Positions 13,021-25,500 of a stretch of 64,000 bases of DNA are shown here, one piece after another; the first letter of the stretch is position 1; the number at the start of each line of letters is the position of its first letter. Source of the stretch: Macrostomum hystrix (lineage: Eukaryota; Animalia; Platyhelminthes). The stretch covers positions 2,356,001 through 2,420,000 of the forward strand of contig CATNEN010000024.1 in the NCBI GenBank assembly GCA_950097015.1, in the 5' to 3' direction. The translations under genes and the position numbers were made by a program. The notes under the pieces were generated by a model that saw only the letters and a program-made list of their open reading frames with translations, was not told the origin of the DNA and did no database searches.

Positions 13021-13590
13021 TTTTAAGTGTGGTTCAGTGTTTTCTAGATCTCAGTTCTTAAACTTAAAAAATTTATAATGTTCTTTTCATTCCCAAATTC
13101 TCAGTTGATAAATATACGTTTTTAGGAGATGACTGCTTCTGTGTCCTGTTTTCTTTAAGCCTTTTTCTGCTGTTTAAATATATACCGCAGTATTTTCAAT
13201 CAATATACTTTACATTTCTTGCCTGTAGTTGCAGCTTTTTATTCGCAGTGTTTTTGTTTATGTTAATCAGTTTTTAATTGTCGAATTTCTCTAAAAATGT
13301 AAGAGACCTGTGTTGGAGCATTTTTGTATGCTTATATTTGCTCTGATACTAAACAATCGAAATAGCTAGTAGATAGCCAGTATATTTTTATATAGTCGAT
13401 TTTTTGTTGCCGATTTTAATGCCCGTAAAAAATGTGTTACCAATTAATACTATACGAGATAGGCTCGTATAAGGAGTTTAAAGATTTCGAAGAGAGAACT
13501 AAAAATAATTGGATATTTTATTATCGAGTTCAAAAAATCGCCTTAGGCATTGGCCGGGTCCAGTGGCAGCTGGCTAAGCTCATTTTGGTT

Positions 13591-14088
13591 TCATTCTAAA
13601 TGGAAAGCCGGAGCATTCTGCTGTTCCTTGATGTACTTCAGCTCCCTGGACAGCTGGCAGATGGCGCACGGCGTGCACCAGTAGCTGCAGCAGCAGTCCT
13701 TGATCACGCTGCCCTCAATGTTGTACTTGGTGCGCAGCTTCAGGCGGTACATCATGAGTGTGTCCGGCACAATCAGCGGCGTGCAGCAGTGCTCGCCCAT
13801 GCGTTCAGACAGCCAGCAGCTCAGGTAGCAGTAGGGAAAGAACATTGTGCAGCAGCAGGATCTGCAGTCATTCGCGCATTCGCAGGTGCCGGAGCTCCAA
13901 TCCCGCTTCTGCTCCTTGCCTGAATAATTTGCGACACGTGGCAAGCCTTTAGCTATGTTATATAGGTAATATTACAAGCAAAGAATGCAAAAATATAACT
14001 TACCAATGGACACTGGCATTTGCTGCACAACCTGCACACCTGGCTGAGTGCTGACAACGTACTGCATCTGCACAGTCTGTTGTTGCAT
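13591..14088 (-). CDS. PLAC8/cornifelin-family Cys-rich protein, copy 1 (exons 14088-14004 and 13946-13591)
   Basis: MQQQTVQMQYVVSTQP...RDWSSGTCECANDCRSCCCTMFFPYC...LRTKYNIEGSVIKDCCCSYWCTPCAICQLSRELK; 57-bp GT-AG intron. Confidence 0.9.
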
Positions 14089-14921
14089 TTTATCCGACCG
14101 AAGGTTTCGACCAGTTTCAACTGAAGCAGTCTCTCGATGTTTTTTAGATTGGATATAATTTTGTCAACCTTAGCCCTGGTACTTATACCGCAAGATTTCT
14201 GGGGCATCGTGAGATAGGTGCATTCCATTGTGACTGACAATAACCAAATGTACAGTCCGCATTCACTGTTAAACAGGACTGAATGTTTACCCTCACTCTG
14301 GGGTTTGTTTAAGCAGTTAGTACAGAATAAAGCCTAAGTCACTTCTAACTCAAACCTTTCTAAGCAACGCCCATCGCCCTAGCCCACAAGCAATAGGTAA
14401 AAATGGAAATCTGTTCGAGCTTCTATATTCTAGTTAAGAACTTCTTACTATCTGTACAATTTCGATGGTCTGGGAACAATGAGCATGCAGCTGAGAGAAC
14501 GCAGGAGTCTTAAGCTAAGAGAATCAATTTAGCTGCCGCACAACATTAGAGCAATATGGCCTACACGACCTCACTCGGTGCAAGCACGCAGTCCTGGCAG
14601 GGCTACGCCCATTAGATTCCACTACATCGTTGCTTAAGTGATAATCAAAGGAACGCCTACTCAGACACCGCCTAGAAGAATTCTTGTCCTATCTTGTGCT
14701 AAACTGCTTGCAAAATATAATCGTTTCTGTGCGGTGCCTTTATAGAAAAACTGGCTCGACTGTCTTTTCAAAACTAGCTTCAGTTAACGGCTACGAGCTA
14801 GAAGCCGCACCTGTGGTTTGCGCAAGTGCATTACTGAGTCTCTGATGCACTCTACACTACATAGTTACATTTGAATCTGAAATGACTTACTCAAGCCAGG
14901 ACTAATTAGTATGCGAGAGGT

Positions 14922-17368
14922 TCTGGGAGGATGACAGCACACTGATGATCTGGGAGGATGAAACCACACTGATGATCTGGGAGGATGACACCACACTGAT
15001 GATTTGGGAGGATGACAGCACACTGAGGATCTGGGAGGATGACACCACACTGATGATTTGGGAGGATGACAGCACACTGATGATCTGGGAGGATGACAGC
15101 ACACTGATGATCTGGGAGGATGACAGCACACTGATGATTTGGGAGGATGACAGCACACTGATGATCTGGGAGGATGACAGCACACTGATGATTTGGGAGG
15201 ATGACAGCACACTGATGATCTGGGAGGATGACAGCACACTGATGATCTGGGAGGATGACAGCACACTGATGATTTGGGAGGATGACAGCACACTGAGGAT
15301 CTGGGAGGATGACACCACACTGATGATTTGGGAGGATGACAGCACACTGAGGATCTGGGAGGATGACACCACACTGATGATCTGGGAGGATGACAGCACA
15401 CTGAGGATCTGGGAGGATGACAGCACACTCTGAGGATCTGGGAGGATGACAGCACACTCTGAGGATCTGGGAGTATGACACCACACTGATGATCTGGGAG
15501 GATGACAGCACACTGAGGATCTGGGAGGATGACAGCACACTGAGGATCTGGGAGGATGACACCACACTGATGATCTGGGAGGATGACAGCACACTGAGGA
15601 TCTGGGAGGATGACAGCACACTGATGATCTGGGAGGATGACAGCACACTCTGAGGATCTGGGAGGATGACACCACACTGATGATCTGGGAGGATGACAGC
15701 ACACTGAGGATCAGTGAGGATGACAGCACACTGAGGATCTGGGAGGATGACACCACACTGATGATCTGGGAGGATGACAGCACACTCTGAGGATCTGGGA
15801 GTATGACACCACACTGATGATCTGGGAGGATGACAGCACACTGAGGATCTGGGAGTATGACACCACACTGATGATCTGGGAGGATGACAGCACACTGAGG
15901 ATCTGGGAGGATGACAGCACACTGAGGATCTGGGAGGATGACAGCACACTGATGATCTGGGAGGATGACAGCACACTGAGGATCTGGGAGGATGACAGCA
16001 CACTGATGATCTGGGAGGATGACAGCACACTCTGAGGATCTGGGAGGATGACACCACACTGATGATCTGGGAGGATGACAGCACACTCTGAGGATCTGGG
16101 AGTATGACACCACACTGATGATCTGGGAGGATGACAGCACACTGAGGATCAGTGAGGATGACAGCACACTCGGAGGATCAGTGAGGATGACAGCACACTC
16201 TGAGGATCAGTGAGGATGACAGCACACTGATGATCTGGGAGGATGACAGCACACTGATGATCTGGGAGGATGACAGCACACTGATGATCTGGGAGGATGA
16301 CAGCACACTGATGATCTGGGAGGATGACAGCACACTGATGATCTGGGAGGATGACACCACACTGATGATCTGGGAGGATGACAGCACACTGAGGATCTGG
16401 GAGGATGACAGCACACTCTGAGGATCTGGGAGTATGACACCACACTGATGATCTGGGAGGATGACAGCACACTCTGAGGATCTGGGAGGATGACACCACA
16501 CTGATGATCTGGGAGGATGACAGCACACTCTGAGGATCTGGGAGTATGACACCACACTGATGATCTGGGAGGATGACAGCACACTGAGGATCAGTGAGGA
16601 TGACAGCACACTCGGAGGATCAGTGAGGATGACAGCACACTCTGAGGATCAGTGAGGATGACAGCACACTCTGAGGATCAGTGAGGATGACAGCACACTC
16701 TGAGGATCTGGGAGGATGACAGCACACTCTGAGGATCAGTGAGGATGACAGCACACTCTGAGGATCAGTGAGGATGACAGCACACTCTGAGGATCAGTGA
16801 GGATGACAGCACACTCTGAGGATCTGGGAGGATGACAGCACACTGATGATCTGGGAGAATGACACCACACTGATGATCTGGGAGGATGACAGCACTCTGA
16901 GGATCTGGGAGGATGACAGCACACTGATGATCTGGGAGAATGACAGCACACTGAGGATCTGGGAGGATGACACCACACTGATGATCTGGGAGAATGACAG
17001 CACACTGATGATCTGGGAGGATGACAGCACACTGAGGATCTGGGAAGATGCAACAGCAGACTGATGATCTGGGAGGATGACAGCACACTCTGAGGATCCG
17101 GGAGGATGACAGAACACTCTGAGGATCAGTGAGGATGACAGCACACTCGGAGGATCTGGGAGGATGACAGCACACTCTGAGGATCAGTGAGGATGACAGC
17201 ACACTCTGAGGATCTGGGAGGATGACAGCACACTCTGAGGATCAGTGAGGATGACAGCACACTCGGAGGATCTGGGAGGATGACAGCACACTCTGAGGAT
17301 CTGGAAGGATGACAGCACACTCTGAGGATCTGGGAGGATGACAGCACACTCTGAGGATCAGTGAGGAT
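14922..17368. repeat. Minisatellite, 27/29 bp (gatctgggaggatgacagcacactga[t/g])
   Basis: Long tandem array with length and sequence variants. Confidence 0.97.
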
Positions 17369-17850
17369 TCTGAAGAACTGCTTGTGTCCTGTTTTTTAAG
17401 CCTTTTCTGTTGTTTAAATGTATAGCGCAGTATTTAAAATTAATGGACTTCAGATTTCTTGGCTGTGGCTGCAGCTATTTTTCGCAGCGTCTTTTTATTT
17501 ATGTTATTGAGTTTTGAATTGCAATATTTCTCAAAAAATATGAGTGTAAGAGACCTGTGTTGGAGCATTTTTGTATGCTTATATTTGCTCTGATACTAAA
17601 CAATCGAAATAGCTAGTAGATAGCCAGTATATTTTTATATAGTCGATTTTTTTGACGATTTTTAACGCAGCGTCAAAAATGTGATACTATTTAATACGAG
17701 ATATTGGAAGTTTAAAGGTTTCGAGAACTCTTTAGAACTAAAAAAATAGAACTAAAAAATAATTGGATATTTTATTATCGAGTTCAAAAAATCGCCTTAG
17801 GCATTGGCCGGGTCCAGTGGCAGCTGGCTAAGCTCATTTTGGTTTGATTC

Positions 17851-18342
17851 TTACTGGAAAGCCGGAGCATTCTGCTGTTCCTTGATGTACTTCAGCTCCC
17901 TGGACAGCTGGCAGATGGCGCACGACGTGCACCAGTAGCTGCAGCAGCAGTCGTTGATCACGCTGCCCTCAATGTTGTACTTGGTGCGCAGCTTCAGGCG
18001 GTACATCATGAGTGTGTCCGGCACAATCAGCGGCGTGCAGCAGCTCTCGCCCATGCGTTCAGACAGCCAGCAGCTCAGGTAGCAGTAGGGAAAGAACATT
18101 GTGCAGCAGCAGGAACTGAAGTCATTCGCACATCCGCATATGCTAGAGTTCCAATCCCGCTTCTGCTCCTTGCCTGAATAATTTGCGACAGGTGGCAAGC
18201 CTTTAGCTATGTTATATAGGTAATATTACAAGCAAAGAATGCAAAAATATAACTTACCAATGGACACTGGCATTTGCTGCACAACCTGCACACCTGGCTG
18301 AGTGCTGACAACGTACTTCATCTGCACAGTCTGTTGTTGCAT
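17851..18342 (-). CDS. PLAC8/cornifelin-family protein, copy 2 (exons 18342-18258 and 18200-17851)
   Basis: Paralogue of copy 1 with the same structure and an apparently identical 57-bp intron. Confidence 0.9.
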
Positions 18343-19151
18343 TTTATCCGACCGAAGGTTTCGACCAGTTTCAACTGACGCAGTTGCTCGATGTTTTTTA
18401 GATTGGATATAATTTTGTCAACCTTAGCCCTGGTACTTATACCGCAAGATTTCTGGGGCATCGTGAGATAGGTGCATTCCATTGTGACTGACAATAACCA
18501 AATGTACAGTCCGCATTCACTGTTAAACAGGGCTGAATGTTTACCCTCACACTGGGATTGGTTTAAGCTGTTTGTACAGAATAAAGCCTAAGTCACTTCT
18601 AACTCAAACCTTTCTAAGCTGCGTACATCACACCATGCACTCACGCACGAAGCATTTGTCACTTTCAACTCAAACCTTTCTCCGCGGAGTCCATCGGCCC
18701 ACACACGAGCCATAGGTAATGGCGAAAATCAGTGCGAGCTTCTGTAATTCAGTTAAGAACCAATTCAGAGAACAATAAGCTAAGAGAATCTAAACTACAT
18801 AGTTACATTTAACAGCTGCCGCACAACATTAGAACAACATGGCCTACACGACCTCACTCGGTGAGTCCTGGCAGGGCTACGCCCATTAGATTCCACTACA
18901 TCGTTGCTCAAGTGATAATCAAAGGAACGCCTTCTCAGACACCGCCTAGTAGAATTCTTGTCTATCTTGTGCTAAACTGCTTGCAAAATAAAATCGTTTC
19001 TGTGCGGTGCCTTCAGAGAAAAACTGGCTCGACTGTCTTTTCAAAACTAGCTTCAGTTAACGGCTACGAGCTCTGATGCACTCTAAACTACATAGTTACA
19101 TTTGAATCTGAAATGACTTGCTCAATGCCAGGACTAATTAGTATGCGAGAG

Positions 19152-20055
19152 GTTCTGGGAGGATGACAGCACACTCTGATGGTCTGGGAGGATGACAGCA
19201 CACTGATGATCTGGGAGGATGACAGCACACTCTGATGGCTGGGAGGATGACAGCACACTCTGAGGATCTGGGAGGATGACAGCACACTCTGATGGTCTGG
19301 GAGGATGACAGCACACTGAGGATCTGGAAGGATGACAGCACACTCTGATGGCTGGGAGGATGACAGCACACTCTGAGGATCTGGGAGGATGACAGCACAC
19401 TCTGATGGTCTGGGAGGATGACAGCACTCTGAGGATCTGGGAGGATGACAGCACACTCTGATGGTCTGGGAGGATGACAGCACACTGAGGATCTGGGAGG
19501 ATGACAGCACACTCTGATGGCTGGGAGGATGACAGCACACTCTGAGGATCTGGGAGGATGACAGCACACTCTGATGGTCTGGGAGGATGACAGCACACTC
19601 TGAGGATCTGGGAGGATGACAGCACACTCTGATGGCTGGGAGGATGACAGCACACTCTGAGGATCTGGGAGGATGACAGCACACTCTGATGGTCTGGAAG
19701 GATGAAAGCACACTGAGGATCTGGGAGGATGACAGCACACTCTGATGGCTGGGAGGATGACAGCACACTGAGGATCTGGGAGGATGACAGCACACTCTGA
19801 GGATCTGGGAGGATGACAGCACACTGAGGATCTGGGAGGATGACAGCACACTCTGATGGTCTGGAAGGATGACAGCACACTGAGGATCTGGGAGGATGAC
19901 AGCACACTCTGATGGCTGGGAGGATGACAGCACACTGAGGATCTGGGAGGATGACAGCACACACTGAGGATCTGGGAGGATGACAGCACACTGAGGATCT
20001 GGGAGGATGACAGCACACTCTGATGGTCTGGGAGGATGACAGCACACTCTGATGG
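19152..20055. repeat. Minisatellite of the same 27/29-bp family with ctctgatgg(t)ctggg variants
   Basis: Paralogous to 14922-17368. Confidence 0.95.
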
Positions 20056-20889
20056 TGTTGTAGTTTTAAGTGAAGAAAACCAGGAATACACCTAAATGAA
20101 GGATTTGACATTTGAGCTTTTTATAAACGGAATAAATAAAATATGCAGAAGCGTGCAATTTTATAATAGTTATATCTAGTATCAGCTAAGACAGTAATTG
20201 TCTGGCTTGCCGAGTAACTGAACCCACTAATAACACATTAGCAGAATAACAACATTAAGAATACGAAAGAGGTGGTCAGATTGGTCGAACAATTATAACA
20301 TAATTTTTAACATAACAGATCAAGACGTTACGGGGAGCTTACTGAAAGGATGTGTATATGTACTCGCAGTTCACGCAGCATGGAATAAACTGTAAGATCT
20401 AATAATTCTTGAGCTCAAAAAGAAAAAAATATTTAAAATTAAGCATCATATTGCCATGATAATAATCAAATTGAAAATAGCGAAATTAACCATCTTTGAT
20501 TACTCTGAAGCAGTCAACCAAGTGCTTAATATAGGCAGTACATTCAATACACAAGCATATTTACTATTGCGAAAGCTAAATTATAAAAATGGAACAAGAA
20601 TCTAGTAACACAAGTCCTGTGGTCCAAAATTAACAATGCGCTTTTGTCAATTGCACTGGCTAGTAGCTGGGCCCATTCGTAAGTTAATTTTGAGTATAAA
20701 CTGTAAAAAGCTTTTTTAATAACTACGATTCAAGATTGAAAAGCATTAATTAAATTATTGCTTGCTGGCGTGTACATTTTAATTTTGGTCATAGAATGTA
20801 CTTTCGCCCAGCAGTAGCTCAACTAAACTTAAACTAGACGTCAACTAAAGAAACAAGTTTTACTTGGGTTTCCCAAGAACAAAATGGGA

Positions 20890-22005
20890 TCCTACACACA
20901 CTGAGGATCTGTGAGGATGACAGCACACACTGAGGATCTGGGAGGATGACAGCACACACTGAGGATCTGGGAGGATGACAGCACACACTGAGGATCTGTG
21001 AGGATGACAGCACACACTGAGGATCTGTGAGGATGACAGCACACACTGAGGATCTGTGAGGATGACAGCACACTCTGAGGATCTGTGAGGATGACAGCAC
21101 ACTCTGAGGATCTGGGAGGATGACAGCACACTCTGAGGATCTGTGAGGATGACAGCACACACTGAGGATCTGTGAGGATGACAGCACACTCTGAGGATCT
21201 GGGAGGATGACAGCACACACTGAGGATCTGTGAGGATGACAGCACACTCTGAGGATCTGGGAGGATGACAGCACACTCAGAGGATCTGGGAGGATGACAG
21301 CACACACTGAGGATCTGTGAGGATGACAGCACACTCAGAGGATCTGGGAGGATGACAGCACACACTGAGGATCTGTGAGGATGACAGCACACTCTGAGGA
21401 TCTGGGAGGATGACAGCACACTCTGAGGATCTGGGAGGATGACAGCACACACTGAGGATCTGGGAGGATGACAGCACACTGAGGATCTGGGAGGATGACA
21501 GCACACTGAGGATCTAGAAGGATTACAGCACACTGAGGATCTAGAAGGATTACAGCACACTGAGGATCTAGAAGGATTACAGCACACTGAGGATCTGGGA
21601 GGATGACAGCACACTGAGGATCTAGAAGGATTACAGCACACTGAGGATCTGGGAGGATTACAGCACACTGAGGATCTGGGAGGATTACAGCACACTGAGG
21701 ATCTGGGAGGATTACAGCACACTCAGAGGATCTGGGAGGATTATAGCACACTGAGGATCTGGGAGGATTATAGCACACTGAGGATCTGGGAGGATTACAG
21801 CACACTGAGGATCTAGAACGATTACAGCACACTGAGGATCTAGAACGATTACAGCACACTGAGGATCTAGAACGATTACAGCACACTGAGGATCTAGAAG
21901 GATTACAGCACACTGAGGATCTAGAACGATTACAGCACACTGAGGATCTAGAACGATTACAGCACACTGAGGATCTAGAACGACTACAACACACTGAGGA
22001 TCTAG
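20890..22005. repeat. Minisatellite of the 27-29 bp family grading into ctgaggatctagaacgattacagcaca
   Basis: Tandem units with a left-to-right sequence gradient. Confidence 0.95.
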
Positions 22006-22526
22006 ATTGTCAATTGCACTGGCTAGTAGCTGGGCCCATCGTAAGATAATTTTGAACTAAAATTGTTAAATAAAAAATTGTTAAATAACTACGATTAGAT
22101 TGCAAAAAGCATTAATTAAAGTATTGCATGCGGGTGTGCACATTTTAATTTTGGTCATAGAATGTACTTTCGCCCAGCAGTAGCTCAACTAAAGAAAAAA
22201 GTTTTACTTGGGTTTCCCAAGCACAAACTGGAACTTAGCAAACAAAAAATTAATAACTTAGAAAAGTTCTGTAACAAAATAAATCAAGAAAAGTAGCTTC
22301 AATAGGAACACAAAAACCATTCCATTACCTGTGCTTTATTATGCTCTTTAGGTTCATTAAAACAGAGAACTGAGTAATAGGTAAACTTTTAAGCATGGAT
22401 TTTATGACTGTTTCCTCCTTGGGCTGAAAATTTTAAATTATTTTAGCCAAAAATATAATTTTAAGACAATTTTACCACTAAGACTACTTGCAGTAAACTT
22501 TAAAGCGCTTTAACTTAAAGCAGAAG

Positions 22527-25500
22527 TTAATATCGACCATTGCCGCCGCTGCCGCCGCCGGTAAAAGCGGACCTAGCAGAGGCCGTAGCAGCGTCGGCAG
22601 CCACGCCGCGCACAGCTTCATTGGTCAGGACGCCCTGGCTAAACTCCTGCTTAGCTTTGGCAAAGCTGGCACCTGTGCTGCGATAAATTCTGTGCACCTG
22701 AAACGACATTTAATGCCAACTATTTTACATTAGATAATCAGAAGAAAATTTGCATAATGTTTTTTACCAACTTAGAGAAACTACGAGTACTAAAAAACTT
22801 TTTTTCACACCAATTAACAATCAACACTTTTAATTGACCTTTTTAATGGTGCCCAATTTTTAACAGCCTTTTACCTAGTCTTATTATCTAACAGAGCTAT
22901 CTGAACTCAGACCTACCCGAATGAGTAGTATCATATCGAGCACGGCCAGGCAGGTGAAGCAGGCGGCAATAAACAGCATGAACCCGGCAGCGCCAACATT
23001 TGTCTTCAGCATACTGCTACCGTTAATCCAGCCGCAGGAGCCCAGATAGTTGAAGCCGAGGCACTGCACCACCAGAATGGCGAACTGGACGAAGAACACC
23101 AGAAAGAATAGAAAGAAATTGAAGCTGCTGTCGTTTCTGCAATCAAATTGGGGAAAGGAAAGTCTCTACCATTATATCAGTAACAATAGATTGCGTTGTA
23201 GAAAATAGCTACTGAAGGGCGCGGCGCGAATGCCAGTCACAGTATGTGTAGGTTTTCCAAGGTGGTCACAAAGTCGCGATGGTCACAAGGTCGCGAATGC
23301 CAGTCACAGTATGTGTAGGTTTTCCAAGGTGGTCACAAAGTCGCGATGGTCACAAGGTCGCGAATGCCAGTCACAATGTGTGTAGGTTTTCCGAGTGACT
23401 ACATGACGGTCACAAGGTCGCTAACGCCAGTCACAATATGTGTAGGTTTTCCGAGTGACTACATGACGGTCACAAGGTCGCTAACGCCAGTCACAATGTG
23501 TGTAGGTTTTCCAAGGTGGTCACAAAGTCGCGATGGTCACAAGGTCGCTAACGCCAGTCACAATATGTGTAGGTTTTCCGAGTGACTGCATGACGGTCAC
23601 AAGGTCGCTAACGCCAGTCACAATGTGTGTAGGTTTTCCGAGTGACTGCATGACGGTCACAAGGTCGCTAACGCCAGTCACAATGTGTGTAGGTTTTCCA
23701 AGGTGGTCACAAAGTCGCGATGGTCACAAGGTCGCTAACGCCAGTCACAATATGTGTAGGTTTTCCGAGTGACTGCATGACGGTCACAAGGTCGCTAACG
23801 CCAGTCACAATATGTGTAGGTTTTCCGAGTGACTACATGACGGTCACAAGGTCGCTAACGCCAGTCACAATATGTGTAGGTTTTCCGAGTGACTGCATGA
23901 CGGTCACAAGGTCGCTAACGCCAGTCACAATGTGTGTAGGTTTTCCAAGGTGGTCACAAAGTCGCGATGGTCACAAGGTCGCTAACGCCAGTCACAATAT
24001 GTGTAGGTTTTCCGAGTGACTGCATGATGGTCACAAGGTCGCTAACGCCAGTCACAATATGTGTAGGTTTCCCAAGGTGACTACATGACGGTCACAAGGT
24101 CTCGAAAGCTACTACTAATTTCCAAACGACCTAGCTATAAATGGTCGATGATGAATCACTGAAAATAATTATGCAAAGCCAACAGCACTAACTTGAAGGC
24201 CTTGTAGAGCGGACGAAACCAGCACACAAACGAGCACGGCGGCAGGATGATGCAGAGCAGCAGGGAGACGCCAAACACGGCACCAGCAGCCGAGGCGTCG
24301 TAGCCTTGTGCTCCAATGAAATAGGCCAGTGTGCCCAATGTGTTAATTATCAGCACAGCGACGTGAGCCATCCACAGGTAATAGCCTAGCTTAACTATGC
24401 GCCGGAATTCTTGGGGAATCTCCAGCTCAAAGTCCTGATAAAAGCAGGGCCCGACAGGGCAGAATGAGGGCAGCGGCGGCCAGTTGTTGTTGCGGTCTGA
24501 AATGCAGTTTTAATATGAAAGTGTGAGAAATAGCAGAAGGTCCAATATAGTGGGAAAATATTTACGAAATATATAATTGCCAAAGACGTAGATATGTATA
24601 ACAGAAAAACATGAAACGCTAAACACCAATAGAACATAGGAAATCGGAGCTTGATGGGATACTACAAACTGAGGATAAAATACTATCTGATGATCTAGCA
24701 TAGAACACAATCTGAGGATCTAGCATGGAATACAATCTGAGGATCTAGCATAGAACACAATCTGAGGATCTAGCATGGAATACAATCTGAGGATCTAGCA
24801 TGGAATACAATCTGAGGATCTAGCATAGAACACAATCTGGGGATCTAGCATAGAACACAATCTGAGGATCTAGCATGGAATACATTATAAGGGATCTAGC
24901 ATAGAACACAATCTGAGGATCTAGCATAGAACACAATCTGAGGATCTAGCATGGAATACATTATAAGGGATCTAGCATAGAACACAATCTAAGGATCTAG
25001 CATGGAACACAATCTGAGGATCTAGCATGGAATACATTATAAGGGATCTAGCATAGAACACAATCTAAGGATCTAGCATGGAACACAATCTGAGGATCTA
25101 GCATAGAACACAATCTAAGGATCTAGCATGGAACACAATCTGTGGATCTAGCATATAACACAATCTGTGGATCTAGCATGGAACACAATCTAAGGATCTA
25201 GCATGGAACACAATCTAAGGATCTAGCATAGAACACAATCTGTGGATCTAGCATGGAACACAATCTGAGGATCTAGCCTAGAACACAATCTGAGGATCTA
25301 GCATAGAACACAATCTGAGGATCTAGCATGGAATACAATCTGTGGATCTAGCATGGAATACAATCTGAGGATCTAGCATGGAATACAATCTGTGGATCTA
25401 GCATGGAACACAATCTGAGGATCTAGCATGGAATACATTATAAGGGATCTAGCATAGAACACAATCTAAGGATCTAGCTTGGAACACAATCTGAGGATCT

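Larger units (their letters stand above)
13135..20055. repeat. Tandem segmental duplication (~13135-17370 and ~17375-20055), each unit carrying a PLAC8-like gene plus a minisatellite
   Basis: Shared unique sequence, e.g. ctgct(t)gtgtcctgtttt...taagcc at both unit starts and gaggttctgggaggatgac at both array starts. Confidence 0.85.

Noticed and set aside
13600-13923. Plus-strand 107-aa ORF and similar antisense ORFs over GC-rich exons (10605-11627, 51855-52250)
   Set aside because: Shadow ORFs of real exons on the other strand or frame.
14940-14970. CTGATGA...GAAAC hammerhead-like core in an array unit
   Set aside because: No stems I-III can be drawn; GAAA appears in a single variant unit only.
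14865-21994. Cys-rich or WEDD repeat ORFs that look like keratin-associated or metallothionein proteins
   Set aside because: Minisatellite translations with frequent frame changes from 27/29-bp variants.
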